From Chiloscyllium plagiosum (taxonomy: Eukaryota): a DNA stretch of 64,000 nt. The stretch's first letter is position 1. The number at the start of each line of letters is the position of its first letter. Location of the stretch: NCBI RefSeq assembly GCF_004010195.1, contig NC_057718.1, positions 19,405,905 to 19,469,904 on the forward strand, in the 5' to 3' direction. The translations under genes were made by a program, and so were the position numbers. The notes beneath the pieces were generated by a model, which was given only the letters and a program-made list of their open reading frames with translations, searched no databases and was not told the DNA's origin. This document shows positions 38,901 through 52,390 of this stretch, piece by piece.

Positions 38901-40050
38901 CAGGTATCAGGTCTGGCAATCAGCCTACACCAGTATGCCTTTAAGAGACATGCTCACAACATTAACACTATCACAGCACGTAACCCGAGGGCAGAAGGGT
39001 CTCAGACTCCAGCTTAGCTGGGACCATCTGAAGTATGACACTCTATTGTAACTTAATATTAGCCCAAATGTTCCCAAGGAATGTAATGTTTGCACATCAC
39101 AGTTGTAATAAATGTTTGTTGGATTCTTAATTGCCACAATATCCAAGCCCAGCTTTTTATATTATGGAGGATAATATAAGCATCACTGCATCAGGTAAAA
39201 CGTACAGGTGGAAGCAAATTCACATCATCTCCAACATAATAGCTCTATAGGTGGCTCCGTGTCATGGTGTGTTTTATACGATTACCCTAAAGTGCCTCCG
39301 GACTTTTCATTACATTAAAAGGTACTGCGGAAATATAAGTTGTTGTTTCATGAGTTGGGGTGGGGGGTCTAATTACAAAAGAAAAGCCCATTTAAAATGC
39401 ATAACTGGAAGGATTGAGTTTGTCCTCATCTTACCAAAACTCAAGTAATACTGGCATCTGAGCTGCTTTTGATCTCTTTTTTTAAAAAAATCACTCTTCA
39501 ACATCCGTAGATAAATTGTATTGTACAATAGTGAAAAGTTCACATTACCTCTATTACGGTTTGATTGCTAAGTAACATTTTGGGAGAAAGATGAAAGGGA
39601 TCAAGCAGCTCTTGTGTGAAAAGACAGATAGCCTATAACTGTTCCTTGCAAGTATGTAGCAATTATGTTGTCATGGTAACATTCTTGACACAGAAGCACT
39701 CGCTATATTACCCTGTCACTGAATTGCTGCAAGTATACATGGAAATATTGCCTTTCTCCTCCTCAAATAGATCCCAGCTTCGTTTGACAAGGTGAAAGCA
39801 TCTTGGCAGCCGTAAAAATAGATTCCACAGGTCTTGACATAAAAAAAATTTCCTTGGGAAAGTATTAAAACAGAGTTTCAGCTAAGGGAGCAAATCTATT
39901 CCGGTGAAAATCAGGATCTTACTGACAGGCAGGATGTCCTCTAGAGAATCAGGGGCAGTTCTCCAAATGGAAGCTACACTAATGAACTGGGGTTGCTGCA
40001 GAGACCAGAGTCAATACCTGCTTTAGTCGTTAAAAGCAAACCTGTTCCAG

Positions 40051-40544
40051 TAAGGTGGCGGTGCAGTAGGGTTCCTGAGCCCAGGGCTCATCTGCTCTGT
40101 CCACTTTCAGCGTGTGGCTGACTAACAGAGACAGCGGCAAGTTTGGGCCCGGCAGCGGTCACATCGGCGAGGTGGGCCTGGACTGGACTCAGGGGGGTGG
40201 AGGAGTGGTGCAGTACCTGGTGGCATTTGGTGTTGCCTGCATTAGTGAGGCCCAGTGTGGTCTCATGATGGTGAGGGCATTGGTGGAGGGAAAATGGTGC
40301 CAAAGAGTGACATCTCTTATTCCAGCAATGGACAGCACCATGACTGCTCACCAGGCCCATGGCCCATGATAGAGCACTTAACAAAAAGGACTATAAAGTT
40401 GAACACTCTCTCTTTATTCTTCTTCCTTTATGTTTTGATTTATTTTTCTGTGTTTAAAGTGGCGCCAGAGAGTGACAACACTATACAACACTTTTCACTG
40501 TATTTCCTAACAAAATGCACGTGACAATAAATAAATAAACAAAC
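40051..40544 (+). mobile_element. Short non-autonomous element related to the 26.7-29.7 kb composite
   Basis: Head AAGGTGGCGGTGCAGTAGGGTTCCTGAGCCCAGGGCTCATCTG; tail CTTTTCACTGTA...GCACGTGACAATAAATAAATAAAC. Confidence 0.55.
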
Positions 40545-41411
40545 ATAATTCATTAGATAAACAGATGCTGTCATTGCTGGGGAAGTGCTCAGTGGCACCG
40601 AAAGGCAGAGTTAGTATTTCGGCTTGGTGACCTGTCGTCAGGATAGGTGACCCAGGAGGCACTGTCCACTCTGAGATCGGAAATGAAGTTTCCAATGGGC
40701 TTACTTAGGATGATGTGTGTGTGTGTGTGTGTGTCACAATTCTCAGCTCCAGGCCTGACCTGCTCCTACCTACAGTTCTGGGCCAAGCCCACTCAGTGCA
40801 GCTTCCAAATGTTCTTGGTACAGACGTAAAAACTGCCAATCTCACATGAGCTGAAAATATGGAGAGCTGCGCATGAGGCCTCATGCAAGAAACATAGGAG
40901 TCGGGGCATTTGAAGTAGTAGTGAATTCTCATGTCTCACACTGGCACTGGATTTGATGGTTTGGAATCTCTTTGCTCCCATTAAGTAAACAAGCAGGCAA
41001 AGATTATCCTACTTTACTTTGTGTGGGTGAACACAAATCAGGCGGCAGACAGGAAGTGTCAGGTTCCATTCCCACCGTCTGGGAGTCTGCAGCTGAACTG
41101 CAGGATGGATTATGAGTCAGCCAATGTGGGCTGGAGGCAGGCAGTTGGCAGCAGCTGGTGATACCTCGAGCAGTGGAAAGTGACTTGAAGTGCAGACAGA
41201 GCACAGAAGCCAGCTCCCCGACCTCACTGAGGTTCAGTGTTGGGCTCAGCAACGTTGGAAAGAAAGACCTCGCCTGAACCTGCCTACCAAGTAGTTCTGA
41301 GGTTTACCAACCACCCTGGTGCCACGTTATGGACGGTTGGGTGGTGTGAAAATTGACTTCAGAGAAAAACATACTCTTTATAAGACCCACCCAGAAATCT
41401 GATCAACTCTA

Positions 41412-41690
41412 GCACAATGGCTCAGTGGTTAGCTCCGCTGCCCCACAGCATCAGAGACTCAGGCTCGATGCCAGCCTCAGGCAACTATCTGTGAGGAGTT
41501 TGCACGTTCTCCCTGCTGCTGCATGGGTTTCCTCTGGGTGCTCCAGTTTCCTTCCACAGAAGATGGACAAGTCAGGTGCATTGGTCATGGGAAATGCAGG
41601 GATTGTGGGGGTGGGGATCTGGGTGCGATGCTCCTTGGATGGTGGTATAGACTCAATGGGCCGAATGGCCTGCTTCGACACTGTGGGGTG
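41412..41690 (+). mobile_element. Diverged HE1/V-SINE-like SINE
   Basis: TGGCTCAGTGGTTAGC head, GGAGTTTGCACGTTCTCCC core, GGGCCGAATGGCCTG tail. Confidence 0.75.
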
Positions 41691-42641
41691 GGATAATAAC
41701 TGACTTCAGTACCTCTGATGGCAGATGGGAAAATCCTACCCAATTCAAACTCCACTCCTTGTGTATTTCAGAACACAGAGCTGAATGTTACCTGCCATTG
41801 GACCAGGCTGGTGGGGGGTTCTTGAAACATATAAGGGAATGTTACCAGCTGAGGGGGTGCTGGGGGTAACATCCACCCACTGTAGTGGTCTGGTGACTGC
41901 CTGAGGCAATTGCCCATTTCTCAGTCCCCCCTGGCATCTCATGTGTCAGGTAGCATTGACATCAGGCAAGGTGACCAGCCAGGTGAACCTTCCATCCCTC
42001 CCTGAGACTGGGGGTGTTCCTTGATGAGTCGTTCATGACCCATGGAGAGGCGAGACAAGACAACATCATTGGGATAACAGCCCAGTGGCACCCTCCACAC
42101 ACCTCATTACCAATATCCTCTCCTCCTCACTCCCACGTGCCTCCCCCCCGAATTTCTAAATTCACCTTGGCAGGTACCTCAACCTCTCATTTGGCAAAGC
42201 AGCCACAAGACCAGCTGTTGTTATTGGCCATGCTTATTGAGCTGGCAGCCCTCTGATTGGACAGGAAGCTCTAGGGGAGCAGGGAAGGTCCTTAATTGGA
42301 CTCTGCCACCCCAGGGTCCCATCGTCCACCACAGCAGGGTCCGCCCCCACTCCCTGGCCCGACGGTTAGTCTTCCAGAAAATAATTCACCCCAATGCCAG
42401 ACAACTGAGCAAACCCACAGCAATGTATATCCACAAGAATGGGCTTGAACAGTCAGAGGGCCCACCCACTGATTCGTCAGGTGGACCCCTTCTGTTGCAT
42501 CACTAGGTTTTAGTGAAGGGCCAAGCACAACACATGCATTGCTCAACAGACCATTACAATTGTATAGGAAGAGGGGCTTTATGCACATCATCGTACAAAG
42601 GGGCTTCCTACTCACAGAATGGTTTCAGAACCATAAGAAGC

Positions 42642-43040
42642 TGTGACAATACTTAGGATTTTTTTTTAAAGAGAGGTTTTCAGGCAGAGATACCCAGCAG
42701 TAGAAAGTGAGGACTGCAGAGGTACCAAGCAGTCTCCCAGAGCCACTAGAGTAAACTGTATGTTTTTTGGGGGTTTCTTTGAAAGGTGGAACAATAGAAG
42801 CAGCCTGAGTGGGTGTGGTCAAGTTCCCACCCACAGAACCAGGGATATTTAGTTTTAGCATTCAGCAGTTGTTTTGAGGTCTCAGCAGGGTTGGAAGGCA
42901 GTGAATCTCTCCTGGCTACTATAGCATCTCTCGGAGATTTCCCTGCATGTTTTTCCTCCTGGGCTACTGGAGTTTCAAGTGAGACAATACTGTTTTCTGA
43001 ATTTGCCCTCTGCCAAGGGTGTGTTTATGTGATGTTACTA
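42642..43040. mobile_element. Possible LTR fragment
   Basis: Begins TGTGAC, interrupts a CR1-like remnant, and has LTR-like composition; no 3' CA end or TSD identified. Confidence 0.3.
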
Positions 43041-45821
43041 TACTCCCTGTCCCTACAGCAGGAAGACCAAAATTGAACACAGTATTCCAAAAGTTGTCAC
43101 AAACATTTGTGAAAGACAAAATCAGTCAAGGGCAAAGAATCAGGGTTAGCATTAGATGAATGAAAGGGAAAGTTACAAATAGTTTCCTCAAGCAGAAGAT
43201 TATTAGAACACAGAATGACCATTCAGGGAGATGTTGCAGTAAATTTTGGAAACAGAATATAAGTAGGTCTTAAGAAAGGGCAAAGGAATAGGCTAGGATA
43301 GCACTAAAATAGGAACGAACATTGAAACTGGTACAATGGATGCACAGTCTGGCTGTTGTTGCAAACTCTCTGACTGTGTACACAGAAAAATACCCGTAAT
43401 GTTAAACCGTCCCAACTTGCTTAATCCAGGTAGATTAAGTATTGCAAAAAAATTACTGTTTTGCATATTCTCATCTTGACTGACCTGTTATTAAGTAAAA
43501 GTGCAGCCTGAGAAGTTACTTACAGTGGAACGTCTTTGTTTTTCCAACAATTCAGGTCCACACTGCAAGTCTTGTTGCTTTCAGATTCTCCTCAGAAGTG
43601 AAGTAGTAATAAAGAAACCACTAACAATCTGCTGTCACTTTGACCATTTTAAATCCACTTAATGGCGGCCCACATGAAAGCACATCATGTACGATAGTGC
43701 ATTCCTCATGGGCATCATTTGTGAAGACGGGAATTAACTCAGGAAATAAATATTTCCCAACTTCTATTAAGAAAGGAACTGGTTGAGAAGTGAGTGCTGT
43801 TGGATCAAGAGTTTTGCAGGAAGGAAAAAAGCTGAGAATCTCATCATCCAGCAGATAGGAAAGCTACAACATTATTTAATTAATATAGGCTTGAGTCCTC
43901 ACAATACCCATTTATTCTGTACAATTCAGATCACTAATGCAGAAATGTAATGTCCTCTTGTATCTGGAGAGTACATGCCACCTACTATCATGCAACAGCA
44001 TAGCTGTCTTTTACCAAATCGCTAATAGCTGGAGACTCCCAGGTCTTACAATTCACCACCCAATTTCTAAGCCAATGTTCTTTGTATAAAACTCACCTCA
44101 ATTGTTTACTGTGTCCTCCATTCAAATAAAACTGCAGAAAACAGCCACTAGTCCGACCAAATGGATTTCAGGTCTAAACATAACGTAAAGGTTGCATTGA
44201 CTAATTGACTCTTTCACACTGATACATACCAAAAAACATCAAGCCTAATGGTCATGAAAGTAGCAAATTAACTATAATAAACTGATTAGGTGGAAAAATA
44301 AAAAGGTTTCAAGCATGGATGGAAATTATTGACCACTGCATTAACAGTGGGACCAACAATGATCCAATAATGATTATGGGAGAGCATCAGGCTGTTCCTC
44401 TGGTGTTGCCATCATAATGGAGATCATCGTCATCTCCACTAGTGGAACTGTCCCAAGTGTAAAGGAATCATTCAATGAAGTGACCATCTCTTATTCTTTC
44501 TTACAATCCACTGCACAAACGGATGATTCAATGCAGGAATTAATCCTTTCAGCTAATTACAGCAATACACTCAATGAACACAGTGTTCATGTCATGAAAG
44601 TAGTATTGAAGTCAACAGGCTCTCAGTCTATGGTTGACTTTTTACACGAGACAAAAAAAATCAAAACTCCCACAGTTATAACAGCAGAAAGTGATCACTT
44701 GACAAGTTATGAAGGAAAAGAATGCTTTGTTACCTCTGCTGCAGTTTAGTGGTTGGCCTCATGCTAAATGCAGGAAGCAGTCAGTCCCTGCAGTTGTGTG
44801 AAATGTTAGACAATTAAGAAAAGGAAATTGAAGACAAGCTTTTCCTGAAATGTACCCTTTGGCCGTCAAAGCAATTCCCTGTTGAACCCTGATATTTGAT
44901 GAGTGGTAAGCTCAGTACAAGCTCATTAGTGCAGTTTTCTGGGGAGGTTTCGTCAAGAGAGAAGAGACAATGTCATAAAAGCAATTTTTTTTAGAATTCC
45001 AACATTACCTACTGGTACTGACTCATCCACCAGCTCTGAACATTTAGTAATAATTAGTGTAGTCTGCAGCAGATGCAATTCAGACCCATTCAGCTGAAGG
45101 CGGTATGGGAAGCATTGTCAGTTTTAGAAAGAAGATATGTCAATGGTTGCGACTGATAGTATCACCAGTCCAGCTTAATGTGGCATTACGCTGCATCTGC
45201 CAACACACTGTAAAAATACACCCACGTTGCTGCCCAGACGGTTTCTATCAAAGTGTACTGTTCTTATTAACTTTCACAGTCAAAATTAAAATGAGAAATT
45301 GCTGTAAGTATTCCGGCTGCATTCTGGGAAATATTCCAAACTGTTTCCAGACATATTGCCACCCAAGGTGTTCAGGTACCCAGCCAATACAATACAGAGT
45401 GGCATGGTGCCTGAATCATTTACAAAAAATGGCGTCTGTTCGATTCAAATCCACCTATTTTCAGGACCATACTCTGAGGCATTGATTGAGGGCACATCCT
45501 TTATAAATTATCTTTTCTTGGAACAATGAAAATCAACAGGAGTGTCACTGCCTGGGAACGAGGAACACAAGAAAAAGCGGGCACTTGCGGCCTATGGGTC
45601 CAGGTCCACGAACTGCCCTTTAATGGTTCCTGTGAGTGAGTTTTTCAACCGTCTCTCACCGGATGCAGAAAAACCCATCAAGCTTTTCTATTCCCTTACA
45701 AAGGGCCAAAGGGAAGTGACTACCTTGCTGCATGAGGTGGGCCTCAGAATATTTCAACCAGCTTTCACATCAAAGATAGATAGAAAGCCCTGGCTATGCC
45801 ACGTTTTTGCACTGTAGACCA

Positions 45822-47050
45822 ATATAGAAACATAGAAAATAGCCCGCACCACCATTCAATATGATCAGGGCTGATCACACAATCTAAGTATCTCATTCCC
45901 ACTTTCTCTCCATAGTCCTTGGTCCCTTTAACTGCAAGGCCCATGTCCAGCTCCCTCTTGAATATATCTAATGAACTGGGCTCCAACAACTTCCTGTGGG
46001 AGAGGACTCCACAGGTTCACAACTCTCTGAGTGAAGATATTCTTCCCCATCTCAGACCTGAACGGCTTATCCTTATTCTTAGACTGTGACCCGTAGTTCT
46101 GTACTTCTGTACACCCTTGGGAGTCGAAGGCTGGGTCAGTAAATTTGCAGATGATACGAAGATTGGTGGAGTTGTGGATAGTGAGGAGGGCTGTTGTCGG
46201 CTGCAAAGGGACTTAGATATTCGTTCATTAGCAGAGGGATTGAATTCAAGAGTCGTGAAGTGATGTTGCAGCTGTACAGGACTTTGGTTAGGCCACAGTT
46301 GGAGTACTGTGTGCAGTTCTGGTCGCCTCACTTTAGGAAGGATGTGGAAGCTTTGGAGAGGGTGCAGAGGAGATTTACCAGGATGTTGCCTGGAATGGAG
46401 AGGAAGTCGTCCGAGGATAGGTTGAGAGTTCTCGGCCTTTTCTCGTTGGAACGGCGAAGGATGAGGGGTGACTTGATAGAGCTTTATAAGATGATCAGAG
46501 GAATAGGTAGAGTAGACAGTCAGAAACTTTTTCCCCGGGTACAACAGAGTGTTACAAGGGGACATAAATTTAAGGTGAAGGGTGGAAGGTATAGGGGAGA
46601 TGTCAGGGGTAGGTTCTTTATCCAGAGAGTGGTGGGGGCATGGAATGCGCTGCCTGTGGGAGTGGCAGAGTCAGAATCATTGGCAAACTTTAAGTGGCAA
46701 TTGGATAGGTACATGGATGGGTGCTTAAGCTCGGACAAATGTTCGGCACAACATCGTGGGCCGAAGGGCCTGCTCTGTGCTGTATTGTTCTATGTTCTAT
46801 GTTCTATCAGGAACTTTCTTCCCACATCTAGACTGTCCACTCCCATTAGGATTTTGTATGCTTCTATGAGATTCCCTCCCCACTCATCCCTTTGAATTCC
46901 AGTGAGTACAAGCCTAGTCGATCCAGTCTTCCTTCACATGTCAGTCCTGCCATCCCAGGGGAATCAGTCTGTTGAGCCTTCGCTGGAATCAGTCAATAAC
47001 AAGAATGCCCTTCCTCGGGCTAGCAGACCAAAACTGCACCCAGAGTGTGG
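45822..47050 (-). mobile_element. CR1 3' remnant (host) split by a younger plus-strand CR1
   Basis: 45822-46110 (KNIFTQRVVNLWSPLP, LDIFKRELD) and 46808-47050 read as one contiguous minus-strand CR1 end. Confidence 0.8.
46118..46807 (+). mobile_element. Young 5'-truncated CR1 (HER1-like) LINE with internal deletion and (TTCTATG)n tail
   Basis: SKFADDTKIGGVVDSEEGCCRLQRDLD is joined directly to FISRGIEFKSREVMLQLYRTLVRPQLEYCVQFWSP...FFIQRVVGAWNALP, with no stops in the 3' part. Tail ttctatgttctatgttctat. Confidence 0.9.
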
Positions 47051-49079
47051 GATGATGACTAGACATGAATCATTTTCATTTCTGGTTTGAAAGAATTAAA
47101 ATGAAGATGGGTTTCAGTCAGAAATTCCTGAACCAATGCTCCTTCTCCTGAGAATGAGTGATGGAGAGTTTGTATCTCTGGTGAGGTTACTGAGTTTGCA
47201 GGCAGGAAGGAAACACTGTTGAGAGGCAGCAGCTATTCCTCAGCTGGAAGCAGATGATCTGGGTTTTGTTAACACACCAGGACTCTGGCAGAAGAGCTCA
47301 GTAGAGATTGTGCTCCTTTCATTCTCTTCTGCTTTCCTGAATCTCAAACGTTGCCCCAGGCACCAAAGGCAAATGCACGACAGAAGCACACTCACACAAA
47401 AAGGCTTGTGTCTTCGGGTTTCTTTTGTTATGAATTTGCTACCAGATCCTGGCACGTCCCCAGCTTCCAATATTTGATCAGACTGCCAATAGAGAGACAG
47501 CAGCTGCAGAGATGAAAAACTATCCAAAACCGATTTCCTCAACTGCACCCGGGCACAGGCCCAATGTAAATGGTTAGCAAGCTGCATTGAGCAAGGGCCA
47601 TCAGTAACATAATCAGCCTGACTGAGCCGCTTTCCAAACCTTACACTGTAAAACACTAACGTAACGGGGCAAAGGTGATGGGACTGTTGACGTACACCTT
47701 TCAGGCCATCTTCGGATTAGCCTCGCCTCGTTAGCAATCTCCCGGTTTCACATTCAAAAGGTCATGAAGTTGTGACCCTTTGCCACTGCAAAGAAAGCAT
47801 TACACCCTCAAAGTGCGGCTGCCTTCCACCTCAGACTCAGCAGAGGGATCACACTGCGTTGGCTGTATAACGGCAAGGCGTTCTGGTCAATCCTTATTCC
47901 TCAAATAGACACCACTAAAATCAAAAAGAGAACACAGATCATCTGCTCTTCATTGACACCGCCTTCTGTGGGATCTTGCTGTGCCAGGCAACAACAGTGG
48001 CTGAACATCGAAAAGTACTTTGGATCATTCCTTGTAAAAGGTGCTCTCTCATTTTCTGTAAAAGGCACTATACAAGCGCAAGGTCTTTCTGAAATGTAAG
48101 CAGCCGAGCTCTTGGTTATACATTCCCAGATGGCAGGGTGAGAAGGTTTACTTCCAAGAAATTACCAACAGCATCCGACTGCGTGGCTAATGCAGCATGA
48201 GACTGCTCAACATTCCCTTGGCTGGAGGGAAATCAGGAAAGTAGGATCCGTTGCCTGGCAACTTTCTCTTTTACCCATTCATTTAAAATGAGTAGATTCC
48301 AAAGTCAATCCTGTTCATTGTTCGAAGAGTCCAGGAATATATCTGAGTTTCAAGTTAATGTATCCAACATGCTGACTTGCAAGCAGTTTTCGTGGTGAAG
48401 GCTAATAAACCATAATGAATGTTGCTGGAAGCGGAAACACATTGCCAATGCTTTTTGTTTTGAACTCATCAGGATGAACGCAAGAATGCCAAAATTTCAA
48501 CTTATCACAACAATTTACATCCATGGGAAAACAAAGGGGACTGACTACTTGGCACATCAAGACTGACTGGCTGAGGCATTTCCAAGGAGAACACAATCGA
48601 CTTCCCAAGCTCCTGGACTATTCTCAACCAGTGCAAGGCTTGAATGTGTTCCTTTTGTGTGCAGAGAACAGATTCCTGCGTATGTCGCTTTGAGGGAACA
48701 GTGGCCAATCAATGACTAAAATGCCCTCCTTCATCATGGCAAACTGCAGGGCCACCAAGCTGTATATAAAAAAGACTCTGAGGTACGGTCGAGTGATCTC
48801 ATAAATGCCATGCCAAGTTTGCTCTTTTTTTTGAAAATGTCGAGTCACATTTCACGGTTTTCTCATGATTCTAAGAGAAACGGTATCACAATTATTGCCC
48901 TAAAGTACATTTACTGAATCATTTACATTTGGTAAATTATAACTGTCTCTGTTTAAAGAAAGAGTATCATTTTCAATACTAAGGCCAGCTCAAACCAATT
49001 TTTCCAGGCCTGGGTCCTGATAGATCCATATTTGGTAGTTTGTACTGAGTGCACACAAGGAAAACTCTTTCTACTTACT

Positions 49080-49472
49080 GAAAGACTTGCATTCATGTAG
49101 CACCTGTAAATCTAAGCCACTGGACGTCTCAAAGTGCCTTCCAACCAATGTTGTATGTTCAAGTGTTGTAATGCAGGAAACACAACATTTCGTTTATGTA
49201 CAACAAGCTCCTTCGAATCATAATACAGAAAATGACCAATAACTCTGTTTTTGGATGCAGATTGAGGGATGAATATTGGTCAGGACACAGGGAATCCCTC
49301 CTCCAACTCTTCAATATAATACCATGGCTCACAGGGAGCTGGCATGGAGCAATGATCCCTCAGAACTGCACTGGAGAGTCAGCATTGGTTTCATGTTCAG
49401 TCCCTGGATTGGGTGTTGAATCTTGAAGCCTATGACTCAGAGTTCCAAGTGCTACCACTGTAGCCATAGCTG
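49080..49472 (-). mobile_element. Deu-domain SINE-like remnant (SacSINE/AmnSINE superfamily)
   Basis: Minus strand has a tRNA-like head (GGCTACAGTGGTAGCAC...GATTCAA), a central CCTGTGTCCTGACCAATATTCATCCCTCAA segment and an L2-like tail ATGCAAGTCTTT. Family assignment is from memory. Confidence 0.55.
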
Positions 49473-50189
49473 GCTGTCAGCCTAATTAATACGGATTCAG
49501 TAATAATTCAGCAGCACTCAGTAATAAATGTTTGCACAACGTGCTGACGTAAATAGAGTTGGAGGGTTACACAATTCCTACTATCCTACTGGGGCTCCAT
49601 AGCTATTTCGGACTTAGGTTCAATGAGGTAATGTTGAAAAAACTATATAGATATATACTTGTACACCAACAGTAATTAGAGTACAGATTGCAGTAAATAA
49701 CTATGGTCTTAAATTTATCCAACCATTATAATTGATTTCTCACAGTGTAGGGGTGGGAAATGTAACTGCTCCTCTTCCTGTCCCTAATGTGTCGTTGCTT
49801 CTCTATTCCCTTCCGCCTCTGGCTTTTATTACTCAGCATCTTTAACTCTTCCAGACTTTTTGCTCTCAGCTATATTCCGTTTACATCTCCGGCTTTTCTC
49901 TTTTTGCATGAGAGAAGTGGCATTGTATGACACAGTTGGGGAAAGAGCCCCAATAGTTCTGACAATTTTCCAGATTGCCATAGCTCCTTCGCATCATCTC
50001 CCCCAATCGCTCTTCCCTCCACCAATCCCTTCAATCAGGTGTAACCTCTACATTAAAACCGGCAATAGGAGCTCTCCTAACCCCTCAGAGCAGTTACTAA
50101 CTGTTCTTCTTCATCACGAGTATCAGCTTGATCCTCTATTTTGATCCCTGCCCCTTACTGCATTGATTTTCACGTCAAGAAACAAAATG

Positions 50190-50700
50190 TAACAGAAAAT
50201 ACGAACAACAGCAGGCCATTCAGCCCTTTGAGCCTGCTCCGCCATTCAATACAATCATGGCTGATTATCCAACTCAATAGCCTGTTCCTGCTTTCTCCCC
50301 ATTCCCTTTGAGCATTTTAGCCCTAACAACTATATCTCTCTTTCTTGAAAACATTCAACATTTTGTCCTCAACCGCTATCTGTGGCAGAGAATTCCACAG
50401 GCTCACCACTCGCTGTGTGAAGAACCTTTTCCTCACCTGAGCTCCCCACCTCTTCCTCACCTGAGCTCCCCACCTCTTCCTCACCTGAGCTCCCCACCTC
50501 GTACATTGTGGCCCCTGGTTCTGGGGTCCCCAGTCATGTCGAGTGGTGGTGGTGGTGGTGGTGTTTTATAGGTTTCTATGAGATCACTCTTCATTCTTCT
50601 CAACTCCAATGAATATAGTTCTAGCTGATCCAGTCTCCCTTCATATGTCTGTCCTGCCATCCCAGGAATCAGTCTTGCAAACCTCTTCATCCTCTGCCCA
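50190..50700 (-). mobile_element. CR1 3' remnant containing a perfect 24-bp triplication
   Basis: RLDQLELYSLELRRMKSDLIETYK motif; TTCCTCACCTGAGCTCCCCACCTC x3 at 50429-50500. Confidence 0.8.
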
Positions 50701-51029
50701 TAACCAGAATTCCCTTTAAACTTCCCTCCATTCTCCCCCATTTCCATTCTCCCTCCCACACCAAGTGATGGTGAAAGGTCAGTTTACTCAGTCTCCATGA
50801 GTTTGTCTCCTGTGCTCTCTCTTTCTCTCTCTCTCTGCCTACCCTTTCTGAAGAAAGGTAGCATTTGCTTTCAAAATTCAACTTTTCTTCAGAAATCAGA
50901 ACGTGAGATGACACCACCTTACGTTTCCATCTGCCTTCCACACTTGCACTTGCAGTCATTTCTGACTCAACAGGTGGATGGTAGCAGTATTAGCCTTTAA
51001 TGTCACTAATACACCATTGGCTGAAGAGG

Positions 51030-51270
51030 TCTTTCTCTCTCTTCCCTCCTCCTTGTCTCTTTCTTTCATTCTGTCTCTCTCTGTCTCTCTTTCTCTCTCA
51101 CTGTTTCTCTTTCTTTCTGTCTCTGTCTCTCTCTCTCCCTTGTTGTCTTTCTGTCTCTTTCTCTGACTCTCCCTCCCCCCGCCTCCCTAACTGTCTCCAA
51201 CTCCCTCTCCCCCTCTGTCTCTCTTCCTCTCTGTCTCTACCCCTGCCTTTTTCTCTCTCTCTTTCTGATA
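51030..51270. repeat. (CT)n-rich polypyrimidine tract
   Basis: Interrupted CT/CTGT repeats. Confidence 0.9.
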
Positions 51271-51544
51271 CCCCATTCTGCCTGACCCTAGTATCTCTAA
51301 ACCTAATTTTGAAACACCACAACAGAGAGGGTGGGGTCAAGTCAGATATAAAGATTATAAAATTCAACCCCAGCCTGTCTACCTCTACGTTTAACAAAGA
51401 TATTCATGCAACAGGCTGAATTAACAAAATATCCAAAGTCCCATGCAATAGAGAAAACAAAAACTTAGCTCATTGGTTTAAAATTTATGTATTACGGACT
51501 GCATTCTAATGAAAAAAGCATTGTCTTTATTTCCTTATTCACAA

Positions 51545-52390
51545 TCATAGGATGTGGGCATCGCTAGCTAGCCAGTATTTATTGCCCGTCCCTAGTTGCC
51601 CCTTGAGATGGTGGGGGTGAGCTGCCTTCTTGAACTGCTGCTATCCACCTGCTGTGGGTTCACCCAGCATGCCATTAGAGAGGGAATTCCAGGATTTTGA
51701 CCCAGTGAAGGAACGGCAATATATTTCAAAGGCAGGATGGTGAGAGGGTTGGAGGGAAATGTGCAGATGGTGATTGCAGTGATTATAACAAGGTCAGGTG
51801 GATGGACCTCATAGAATATGAGTTCCCTAGTTGGGGCTATTAACCTGGTCCAATCAGGGAGTCCTGGCTGACAGATAAGAGGAGGAGTGTCAGGGGTTCT
51901 GTACACTCAGAGCTGGCTCTGAAGGAGCTAGGTCAATGTCAAGGATTCTGCACATGTAAATAAAGGGTGACTTGGTGACAGGATCCTGGTCTCAGTGGTG
52001 TTCCAATGTATCTGCTGCCCATGTCCTTCTAGATCGAAATGCTGGTGGATTTAGAAAGTGCTGTCTAAGAAACCTTGAGAAGTTTTTGCAGTGAGTCTTG
52101 TAGACAGTACACACTGCTGCTGCTGTACAGTAGGAATGGAAGGAGCAAATGTTTAAGTGCTGATCAACCGGGCTGCTTTGTCCTAGGTGATGTCAAGCTT
52201 CCTAAGTGGTCTTGGAGCTACACTCATCGAGACAAATGGGGAGTATTCCATCACTCTCCTGGCTTATGTCTTGTAAATGGTGGACAGACTTTGGAGAGTC
52301 AGGAGGGGAGTTAGTTACAGTAGATTCTCAGCTTCTGACCTGCTCTTGGAGCCACTGCAAATACCTGGAGAGTCCAGTTCAGCTTCTGCT
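51545..52390 (-). mobile_element. Old CR1/L2-clade LINE 3' remnant interrupted by a solo LTR
   Basis: ATTTATTGCCCGTCCCTAGTTGCCCTTGAG...GAGCTGCCTTCTTGAAC terminus shared with ~60500-60570 and, reversed, ~57240-57300. Confidence 0.7.
51775..51994 (+). mobile_element. Solo LTR
   Basis: TG...CA ends, internal CCAAT, GATAAGA and AATAAA; flanks GTGAT / GTGGT (5-bp TSD, one mismatch). Removing it restores the host LINE. Confidence 0.65.

Noticed and set aside
44417..44749. 110-aa ATG-initiated ORF in non-repetitive sequence
   Set aside because: No recognisable motif or splice context, and it is antisense to LTBP1; length is within chance expectation.
46194..46895. 233-aa ORF as a host gene
   Set aside because: It is the C-terminal part of CR1 ORF2 in a truncated, internally deleted copy.
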